DNA from: an uncultured Bacteroidales bacterium
GTDB taxonomy: Bacteria > Bacteroidota > Bacteroidia > Bacteroidales > JAADJA01
Direction of reading: 5' to 3'
DNA length: 64,000 nucleotides
Assembly (NCBI GenBank): GCA_963764475.1
Contig: CAVXTE010000001.1
Location: 31,982 to 95,981, forward strand
In this document: piece after piece, positions 56,936 through 64,000 of the stretch
Layout: every line of letters starts with the position of its first letter
Numbering within the stretch: the stretch's first letter is position 1
The notes under the pieces: model-generated
Database searches by the model: none
Told to the model about the DNA's origin: nothing
What the model saw: only the letters and a program-made list of their open reading frames with translations
Translations under genes and position numbers: made by a program

Positions 56936-57218
56936 GGCTTAATATTTTTTAAAACAGTTACAATTCTTTCAGAAGTTCTTCCATCCCACAACTCAGGAAT
57001 TTTACCTTCTTTCCATTGGCCTTTTAATATCTGATTTGCAAACTCAACAATTTTCTCTTTTCTGGAACCTGCCAATTGATTCGTTCCTTCCCAAATAGTA
57101 ACCGGCCTTTCCGTATTATTTCGCAAGGTAATGCACGGAACTTTATACACAGTAGTTTCTTCCTGAATACCTCCGCTGTCAGTCATAACAAACCTTGCAT
57201 TCGAAATAAGTTTTCCAA
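56932..57218 (-). pseudogene. wecB: 3' remnant of UDP-N-acetylglucosamine 2-epimerase (WecB)
   Basis: Only the last ~95 codons are present (..LIGKLISNARFVMTDSGGIQEE...). The frame is closed by a TGA just upstream, and the GT4 gene ends at 57219. ATGA overlap with the acetyltransferase start. Confidence 0.75.
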
Positions 57219-58538
57219 TTAAGGAAAAACTTTTTCAGATATCATCTCATCCAATAATCCTGCAATTTTTTTGGTCAAATTTTTACGTGAAAATTGGTTT
57301 ATGATCTCATCGTCATCATCTAAATACAGGTTATCAGATTTAAAACGTTCATACAAATCCTGGATACACTTTTTCATTGTCACTTTATCATTGAAATCGA
57401 TAACAAATCCAGCATGACATTCTTTTATAATTTTAGCGCTGTCTCCCAGATTGGATCCTATGCATAATACAGGTCTTTTTAAGGCCAGATATTCGAATAC
57501 TTTTCCCGGAATTATACCCTTTACATTTCGAGTATTGTTTAACGGCAGCAACAATACACTTGCATTTGCTGCACTATTCATTAATTCATCATGGGGTTTG
57601 TAGTCGGTTTTTTCAATATATTCCGACAGTGCAAATTTTTCAATTGATTCAAAAACTGAGTAATCCGTCTGTCCAATAAATAATATTTTTAAATCATGTG
57701 AAAGAGAGGATTCTACAGTTAATAATTCATGCAACGCCTCCCAGAGCACATGCGGATTTCGGTCTTTGTTCATGGAACCAATATGGACAAAAGTAAATTT
57801 TTGAGTTGGATTATATTTTATGTTTTTAAAATCATCAGGGTCGAAACCATTGGTAATGACGTCAATCTTTTCAGCCCCCAATTTTTTAAAATCCAGAGCC
57901 CAGTTCCAACTCACTGTTACCAGTTTATCAGCAGCTTTCAGGACGCTTAATTCCATTCGTTTATGCTTGTTATCAGCAAAGCTTGACAACATTAGCTTAT
58001 CATAAAAATCAATATTTGTCCACGGATCCCTGAAATCGGCAAGCCACGGTATGTTTAATTTCTTTTTTAAACCGAGCGCGATCAGATGCATGCTGTGAGG
58101 CGGTCCTGTCGAAACCATGGCGTCTACCGGATGTTCTTTCAGCCAATTTGTTAAGTATTTTATCGAGGGCTTGATCCAGAATTTCCGTGCATCAGGAATA
58201 AAGAAGTTACCACGTATCCACACTGCTATTTTTTCTGAAAGCCCCGGTTTCTTTTTTTCCGAAAGAAATCCTGCTTTTATCCGGTCTTCTTTTTTCCGTC
58301 CGACAAAACGCTTGTAAGTTGTATACGGTTCCCATATTTTTGTCTTTAATACCGTAATCCCTTTCGGAATATCTTTTTCGAGGGATCGATCGATGGCAGG
58401 TGCTTCAGGGTTTTCAGGAGTATATACAACCGGTTCCCAGCCAAATTCCTTCAGGTACTTCACGAATTTCAGCCAGCGCTGTACTCCTGCCCCTCCTGAC
58501 GGAGGCCAGTAATACGTAATGACAAGGACCTTTTTCAT
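57219..58538 (-). CDS. glycosyltransferase family 4-like protein
   Basis: 439 aa. The N-terminal VLVITYYWPPSGGAGVQRWLKF is typical of a conserved Bacteroidota GT4 group. It overlaps the YfhO gene stop by 4 nt. Confidence 0.7.
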   Translation of the reverse strand: MKKVLVITYYWPPSGGAGVQRWLKFVKYLKEFGWEPVVYTPENPEAPAIDRSLEKDIPKGITVLKTKIWEPYTTYKRFVGRKKEDRIKAGFLSEKKKPGLSEKIAVWIRGNFFIPDARKFWIKPSIKYLTNWLKEHPVDAMVSTGPPHSMHLIALGLKKKLNIPWLADFRDPWTNIDFYDKLMLSSFADNKHKRMELSVLKAADKLVTVSWNWALDFKKLGAEKIDVITNGFDPDDFKNIKYNPTQKFTFVHIGSMNKDRNPHVLWEALHELLTVESSLSHDLKILFIGQTDYSVFESIEKFALSEYIEKTDYKPHDELMNSAANASVLLLPLNNTRNVKGIIPGKVFEYLALKRPVLCIGSNLGDSAKIIKECHAGFVIDFNDKVTMKKCIQDLYERFKSDNLYLDDDDEIINQFSRKNLTKKIAGLLDEMISEKVFP

Positions 58539-61006
58539 CCTTCTTTCCTGAAATATTTTCTTATTTCAAAACCTGCGTACCCAAGAACGACAAGGATGAG
58601 AAGCAGGGATGAGGCAAACGAAATTTTTTCACCGATAAAATAGGATTTCGGATGGAATTTAAATTCGATGAGATGTTTTCCTGCCGGCACAATCATGGCC
58701 CGTAAAACATAATCGGTCCTGAAATAGGGCGTTTTATTGCCATCAACATAAGCGTTCCAGCCCTTATCATAATAAATTTCCGAAAATACGGCCAACTGAT
58801 CACTGTTTGTGTTTGACTGGTATTTCAAATCGTTGGGTTCGTATTCAATCAGCTTGATCTGCGCAGTTGAATCATAGTTTGGTGTAAAGCCTTTTATTAT
58901 GTTACTGAATTTTTCATCGACCACAGCCGTTTTTTCAGGGTCGAAACCGGTAAGAGCATCCAGTTCTTCGTCTGCATTTTTAACATATTTTATTCCCTTC
59001 ACGAACCATGCATTCCCGCAGGCATTTACATTCGGATGAACCGTGGGCTGTTTGTTTTCATCAGCCTGAATGATATAGCGAGTATTCAGCATATCCAGCA
59101 CACCCATATTGTATTTCCCTTTGATCTGATGATCATAAAGTTCCTGGTAACGCCGGAGCTTTGCACCATGATAGCCACCGATCGATTTATGAAAATATGA
59201 AGTACTGGCATCGGCAAACGGATCGACAGTTAGATTAAGAACCCGGTAGTCAGGCGATTTATCTTTGAGGATTATCTCATCGGCTTTTGTTTTTGTAAAT
59301 GGAGTTTCGCTTTTTGATTTTGAAATAAAACTATCGTTGTTTAGGTACCGTTTATCGACGAACCACATATCAACCAAAATCAACAGCGTAACGGCAGCGA
59401 TCGTTACATTCTTCTTCAGTTTTCCTTTAGAAAAGCCAACTATAACGGCACCACCCAGCAGCATAAACATGAATGAACGGAAAGCATCTTCACGGAGGAT
59501 TGCTCTGCGCGCCAGTTCAACATTGGCATAAAAATCAGTAATTTGATCAGCATATTGTGGATTTGAGACTTTCTGTTTTGCGATAGAAATAACTTCCTGA
59601 TCACTCAAAAACTTAAAAAATAACGAAGGGAATAAGGCAAACAAGAGCGCTATACCCGCAGTAATTCCAAAAGCCAGATAAAACGGATTAACCTGATAGT
59701 TTGCAACACTTATTTTCTTCTTAAACCTGTCAGGATCGGAAAGAATTTTATCAAGTGCGATAATTGCAAGCAAAGGAATTGTAAATTCTGCAATTACCAG
59801 GGTCATCGATACGGCCCTGAATTTATTGTACCCCGGGAAATAATCGAGGAAAAAATCAGTCAGCGGCATGAAATTTTTTCCCCAGGCAAGCATGATCGAC
59901 AAAACCGTTCCGGCAAGCAACCACCACTTCATTTTTCCTTTTACGATAAGGAGTCCGTAAATAAAGAGAAAAACAATGATCGCTCCTGCATAGACAGGTC
60001 CGGATGTAAACGGCTGGTCACCCCAGTATTTGTTGGCATTGTTAGCAACAGCTTCCTTATATCGTTCATTTACATTTTTCAATGCATATTCATTGTTCCC
60101 GATCAGGCCTGTGCCACCACCTTTTATATCAGGTATCATCAGCGAAAATGACTCCCCTATTCCGTATGACCATTGTGTAGCATAATCTTTATCAAGCCCG
60201 GATGTGCGGTTCTCCTGATCGGTAGTCAGGTCGGTTTTGCCCCGGATGCTATATTTCCCGTATTCGTATGTACTCCATAAACTTGCAATATTGGTCAGAA
60301 CTGCAAAAATACCAGCCGCGATCACGATTGCCGAGGCTTTGAAGAAATGCGTATATTTTTTTACGCGTATTGCTTCGATCAATTCAGCTAAACCAAAGAT
60401 TAGCAAAAGCAGCATCAGGTAATATGAAATCTGTGGATGTCCGGCCTTGATCTCAAGTGCCAGAAACAAGGCAGATAGAATTCCTCCCAAAATGTATTTT
60501 CCCCTGTATGTCAGAATAATCCCAGCGATAACAGGAGCAATATAACCAATAGCATGAGCCTTTGAATTATGTCCGGCCTCGAGTATAATCAGAAAATAGG
60601 AGGAGAACCCGAATGCAATCGCACCGGCGATAGCAAGCCATGGATTTACGCGTAAAACAACAAGCAGAATAAAAAATCCGATCATGTACAGAAAAACAAG
60701 GTCGGCCGGATGCGGCAATCCCAGCAAAAAAATATCATCTACAAACCGGATAAGATTAGCAGGGTATTTTGTAGAGATTTGATAAGCCGGCATGCCGCTG
60801 AACATCGAGTTGGTCCACAACGGTTCGGTGCCCGTTTTATCCCTGAAATCAGTTATTTCCTTCGACATACCTTTGTAACGGGTAATATCGTCCTGCCTCA
60901 GTTTTTTCCCTTCGAGCAGCGGATTCAGGTAAGCCATCGTAATAATGACAAAAATCACGATAGCAACAAAATAGGGAACAGCATTTTTGATCGACAGATT
61001 TCTCAT
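58535..61006 (-). CDS. YfhO-family polytopic membrane glycosyltransferase-like protein
   Basis: 823 aa with many TM segments in the N-terminal two thirds, a large extracytoplasmic C-terminal domain, and a final TM segment. Confidence 0.7.
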   Translation of the reverse strand: MRNLSIKNAVPYFVAIVIFVIITMAYLNPLLEGKKLRQDDITRYKGMSKEITDFRDKTGTEPLWTNSMFSGMPAYQISTKYPANLIRFVDDIFLLGLPHPADLVFLYMIGFFILLVVLRVNPWLAIAGAIAFGFSSYFLIILEAGHNSKAHAIGYIAPVIAGIILTYRGKYILGGILSALFLALEIKAGHPQISYYLMLLLLIFGLAELIEAIRVKKYTHFFKASAIVIAAGIFAVLTNIASLWSTYEYGKYSIRGKTDLTTDQENRTSGLDKDYATQWSYGIGESFSLMIPDIKGGGTGLIGNNEYALKNVNERYKEAVANNANKYWGDQPFTSGPVYAGAIIVFLFIYGLLIVKGKMKWWLLAGTVLSIMLAWGKNFMPLTDFFLDYFPGYNKFRAVSMTLVIAEFTIPLLAIIALDKILSDPDRFKKKISVANYQVNPFYLAFGITAGIALLFALFPSLFFKFLSDQEVISIAKQKVSNPQYADQITDFYANVELARRAILREDAFRSFMFMLLGGAVIVGFSKGKLKKNVTIAAVTLLILVDMWFVDKRYLNNDSFISKSKSETPFTKTKADEIILKDKSPDYRVLNLTVDPFADASTSYFHKSIGGYHGAKLRRYQELYDHQIKGKYNMGVLDMLNTRYIIQADENKQPTVHPNVNACGNAWFVKGIKYVKNADEELDALTGFDPEKTAVVDEKFSNIIKGFTPNYDSTAQIKLIEYEPNDLKYQSNTNSDQLAVFSEIYYDKGWNAYVDGNKTPYFRTDYVLRAMIVPAGKHLIEFKFHPKSYFIGEKISFASSLLLILVVLGYAGFEIRKYFRKEG

Positions 61007-61024
61007 ATGCTCTGTTTTTGGTAA

Positions 61025-61261
61025 TTAATCCTTGATTTCTTCATAATCGGTATATTCTCCCAATTTATCCGAAACTTGTTTTTTTTCGGGAGAATATTCA
61101 ATGCTAATATCCCCGTCTTTCCGTTTCGAATCTTGATGTTCTTTTTGATAGTGATTTTTATATAAAAAATACTTTGCTAGAAAAGGTATGACGTTACGTG
61201 AAATGAACCGAACGACATAGAAAACAATGAGTATTATCAGTATTGTTCTGAGCAGCTGCAT
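61025..61261 (-). CDS. DUF4834-like small membrane protein
   Basis: 78 aa. N-terminal TM segment (ILIILIVFYVVRFI) and an acidic C-terminus ...EYTDYEEIKD. Confidence 0.6.
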   Translation of the reverse strand: MQLLRTILIILIVFYVVRFISRNVIPFLAKYFLYKNHYQKEHQDSKRKDGDISIEYSPEKKQVSDKLGEYTDYEEIKD

Positions 61262-61365
61262 CTTAAATTTTTTGTGAATATAACTCAGATAAAATCAAAA
61301 TATTTTTTTCAGGAAGTTCGTATGGAAAACAAAATTATGACATTTCTTTGAAACCGGCAGCATAA

Positions 61366-61400
61366 TAAAAACAAAGAGGAGATAAACAGTTTATCTCCTC
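61366..61400 (-). terminator. intrinsic terminator after rpmH
   Basis: Perfect 11-bp stem GAGGAGATAAA / TTTATCTCCTC (61376-61400) with a 3-nt loop. Followed on the minus strand by TTTGTTTTTATT. Confidence 0.75.
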
Positions 61401-61434
61401 TCAGAATCCTTTATCCGGTCAGAAAGCCCGGAAA

Positions 61435-61593
61435 TTATCTTTTATCGAGCTTTTCGTCAGAAACCGTCAGTTTTTTACGTCCTTTTGCACGCCTGTTTGC
61501 CAATACTCTACGACCGTTTTTAGTCGCCATCCGGGCTCTGAACCCGTGCTTGTTCGTTCTTTTTCTTCTCGATGGTTGAAATGTCCGTTTCAT
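61435..61593 (-). CDS. rpmH: 50S ribosomal protein L34
   Basis: Hand translation gives 52 aa: [52 protein letters not shown]. It is below the ORF-track size cutoff. Confidence 0.95.
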   Translation of the reverse strand: MKRTFQPSRRKRTNKHGFRARMATKNGRRVLANRRAKGRKKLTVSDEKLDKR

Positions 61594-61613
61594 TTTATTA
61601 TTTTTTGGGAGTG

Positions 61614-61621
61614 CAAAAATA
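61614..61621 (-). promoter_or_regulatory. Bacteroidota -7 box TAttTTTG for rpmH
   Basis: Exact TAnnTTTG on the minus strand, 20 nt upstream of the rpmH ATG. Confidence 0.4.
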
Positions 61622-61859
61622 GAGTTTTTTTTTATCTAAGCAAACAAAATCTTTTTTTAAATGAATGAAAATAAAATACCCTAATCCTTTTAGAGTTTAA
61701 ACTGTTTATCTTTTAAAGGATGAGTGGTTGTTTTAAAGATTGTTAAACAATCATTGAAATCTTAAAATTCGTCGTTTTTTTTCGTAACATTGCACCCTTG
61801 ATTTTTAAAAAGATAAAAATCAGATAATCAATAGTTAAGTTATATAAAAAGTAGATATT

Positions 61860-64000
61860 ATGGCTGATAAACATGTTTATACATTTGGGGATAAGAAAGC
61901 AGAAGGCAATGCTTCCATGAAAAATTTACTGGGTGGTAAAGGCGCCAACCTTGCCGAAATGAACCTTATCGGTGTACCTGTCCCTCCGGGTTTTACTATC
62001 ACAACCGAAGTTTGTACACTCTATACTAAAGAAGGTGAAGAAAAGGGTGTCCAGCTGATAAAGAAAGCCGTTGAAAATGGAGTAAAGAATATTGAAAAAA
62101 TAATGGGAACCAAATTCGGAGATAAAGAAAATCCCTGTCTGGTTTCCGTGCGTTCCGGAGCAAGGGCATCCATGCCCGGCATGATGGATACCGTGCTAAA
62201 CCTCGGTTTGAATGATGATGCAGTAAAAGGAATTGCAAAGAAAACCGGCAACGAACGATTTGCATGGGATTCATACAGAAGATTTGTTCAGATGTACGGT
62301 GATGTTGTTTTAGATCTCAAGCCTGCATCCAAAGAAGATATCGATCCATTTGAAGAAATCATCGAACAGTTGAAGGAAGAAAAAAAGGTCACCCTTGATA
62401 CAGATCTTACGACTGACGACCTGAAAGAGCTTGTAAAAAGATTTAAAAAAGCGGTGAAAGATAAAACCGGCAAAAATTTTCCGAACGATCCATGGGATCA
62501 GCTTTGGGGCGCTATTATGGCTGTTTTCGGAAGCTGGATGAACGACAGGGCCAAACTTTATCGTAAGTTGAACGGCATCCCCGACGAATGGGGCACAGCC
62601 GTGAATGTGCAGGCTATGGTGTTTGGCAATATGGGTCAAAAGTCTGGTACGGGCGTGGCTTTTACAAGAGATGCCGGTACCGGTGAGGATATTTTTAACG
62701 GTGAATACCTGATCGATGCACAGGGTGAGGATGTGGTGGCAGGTATACGGACACCTCAACAAATTACAAAAGAGGGCTCCCTTCGCTGGGCTGCACTTGC
62801 AAAAGTTTCGGAAAAAGACAGGAGAACCAAATTTCCTTCTCTCGAAGAAGTCATGCCGAATGTTTTTAAAGAGCTTAATGAAACACAGCAGAAGCTTGAA
62901 GACCACTACAAAGATATGCAGGACCTTGAGTTCACCATTCAGGACGGAAAGCTTTGGCTGCTGCAGACAAGAAATGGAAAGCGGACGTGTGCAGCCATGG
63001 TTAAAATCGCCATGGATATGTTAAAAAGCCGTAAAATAGACAGAAAGACTGCTATTATGCGGGTCGAACCAAACAAATTAGACGAATTGCTGCACCCGGT
63101 TTTTGATGGAGATGCCATTAAAAAGGCAAAGGTGATTGCCAAAGGATTACCTGCTTCACCGGGAGCTGCCACCGGCCAGATCGTATTTCATGCAGACGAA
63201 GCGGAAGAATGGGCTGCTAAGGATAAAAAAGTCATTTTAGTGAGGATTGAAACCTCACCCGAAGATTTAAAAGGAATGAATGTAGCCGAAGGTATTCTTA
63301 CCGCAAGAGGCGGAATGACCTCTCATGCTGCTGTTGTTGCACGCGGAATGGGTAAATGCTGTGTTTCGGGTGCAGGTGGAATAAAAATCGATTACAAAGC
63401 CAGGACAGTAAATTTTGATGGTCAAAATTATAAAGAAGGCGATTGGATATCTTTGAATGGATCAACAGGAGAAGTATATGAAGGCAAAATTCTAACGAAA
63501 AAACCTGAAATGTCCGGTGATTTTGGTGAGCTGATGAAAATTGCCGACAGCATCGCCCGCATGAAAGTTCGTACCAATGCAGATACACCACACGATTCGC
63601 AGGTAGCACGGGATTTCGGTGCAGTGGGCATCGGACTTTGCAGAACAGAGCATATGTTTTTCGGAGAAGATAAAATACAGGCCATGCGAGAAATGATCCT
63701 CGCCGAAGATGTAGCCGGCAGAAAAAAGGCTTTGAAAAAACTGCTGCCGATCCAACGGAAGGATTTTGAAGGTATTTTTGAAGCTATGCACGACCTTCCT
63801 GTTACTGTTCGTTTGCTTGACCCGCCCCTGCACGAGTTTGTTCCCCATGAAGAAAAAGAGCAGAAGGAAATGGCTGAACTGATGGGAATTTCGTTGAAAG
63901 ATGTAAAGGATAAAATTGCCAGTCTTGCTGAATTTAATCCCATGCTTGGGCACAGGGGTTGCAGATTGGGCAATACCTATCCTGAAATTTCGGAAACACA
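61860..64000 (+). CDS. ppdK: pyruvate, phosphate dikinase (5' part, continues beyond the window)
   Basis: ATG at 61860 (MADKHVYTFG..GGKGANLAEM). In-frame motifs checked by hand: GEYLIDAQGEDVVAGIRTP, catalytic GGMTSHAAVVARGMG, NPMLGHRGCRLG. It has no stop before 64000, so it is absent from the ORF track. Confidence 0.93.
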   Translation, partial: MADKHVYTFGDKKAEGNASMKNLLGGKGANLAEMNLIGVPVPPGFTITTEVCTLYTKEGEEKGVQLIKKAVENGVKNIEKIMGTKFGDKENPCLVSVRSGARASMPGMMDTVLNLGLNDDAVKGIAKKTGNERFAWDSYRRFVQMYGDVVLDLKPASKEDIDPFEEIIEQLKEEKKVTLDTDLTTDDLKELVKRFKKAVKDKTGKNFPNDPWDQLWGAIMAVFGSWMNDRAKLYRKLNGIPDEWGTAVNVQAMVFGNMGQKSGTGVAFTRDAGTGEDIFNGEYLIDAQGEDVVAGIRTPQQITKEGSLRWAALAKVSEKDRRTKFPSLEEVMPNVFKELNETQQKLEDHYKDMQDLEFTIQDGKLWLLQTRNGKRTCAAMVKIAMDMLKSRKIDRKTAIMRVEPNKLDELLHPVFDGDAIKKAKVIAKGLPASPGAATGQIVFHADEAEEWAAKDKKVILVRIETSPEDLKGMNVAEGILTARGGMTSHAAVVARGMGKCCVSGAGGIKIDYKARTVNFDGQNYKEGDWISLNGSTGEVYEGKILTKKPEMSGDFGELMKIADSIARMKVRTNADTPHDSQVARDFGAVGIGLCRTEHMFFGEDKIQAMREMILAEDVAGRKKALKKLLPIQRKDFEGIFEAMHDLPVTVRLLDPPLHEFVPHEEKEQKEMAELMGISLKDVKDKIASLAEFNPMLGHRGCRLGNTYPEISET

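Noticed and set aside
62310-63973. Several 100-200 aa minus-strand ORFs (62310-62906, 63428-63973, 63492-63953)
   Set aside because: All are antisense to the open-ended ppdK frame. I verified that frame by hand at several conserved motifs. They only look prominent because ppdK is missing from the ORF track.
1-64000. tRNA, rRNA, tmRNA and CRISPR arrays
   Set aside because: I scanned the intergenic regions for T-loop-like GGTTCGAATCC motifs and for regularly spaced direct repeats, and found none. A by-eye scan could miss a degenerate tRNA.

Overview
All calls were made by eye from the sequence and the ORF track. No database search, folding or alignment software was run.

This is an AT-rich chromosomal window with Bacteroidota hallmarks:
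- exact TAnnTTTG -7 promoter boxes upstream of many genes
- a T9SS C-terminal sorting-domain protein
- a DUF4834-like protein
- a GlsB/GlsA-like lipid acyltransferase pair
- a Bacteroidota-style dcw cluster

Gene content, left to right:
- engB and two lipid acyltransferases (minus strand)
- a complete dcw cluster: mraZ-rsmH-ftsL-ftsI-murE-mraY-murD-ftsW-murG-murC-ftsQ-ftsA-ftsZ, followed by yqeY
- tsf-rpsB-rpsI-rplM (minus strand), a membrane protein, frr-pyrH, and an MBL-fold hydrolase
- two convergent flavoproteins, a class A PBP, and a beta-propeller/phosphoesterase fusion
- a small accessory islet (32.8-34.5 kb)
- CrtI-like/DUF169/DUF418 genes, an APC permease, a SPASM radical SAM enzyme, an AI-2E transporter, and a 1116-aa propeller/beta-barrel outer membrane protein
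- queD, korAB, a small GNAT, and a lipoprotein cyclophilin with a B12-binding radical SAM enzyme
- a T9SS-sorted protein, hicBA, and an IS5/IS1182-type IS
- a CatB/Vat-like acetyltransferase, a wecB remnant, GT4 and YfhO genes
- a DUF4834 protein, rpmH, and the 5' 2.1 kb of ppdK, which runs open off the window end and is therefore absent from the ORF track

Most interesting observation: in the accessory islet, a RelE/ParE-type toxin-antitoxin cassette is bracketed by two paralogous ~145-bp elements. Each has a perfect -7 promoter box and a hairpin plus U7 terminator on the minus strand. These look like a pair of ~130-nt sRNA genes, or possibly micro-ORFs.

Second theme: six otherwise conserved genes carry single-base reading-frame lesions (rsmH, an HI0933-like flavoprotein hit twice, a COG2509 flavoprotein, the antitoxin, the IS transposase, and a cyclophilin with an in-frame TAA). 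There is also a 5'-truncated wecB. This means either uncorrected consensus errors or real gene decay. The sequence alone cannot decide, and read-level evidence would.

No tRNA, rRNA or CRISPR array was recognised.
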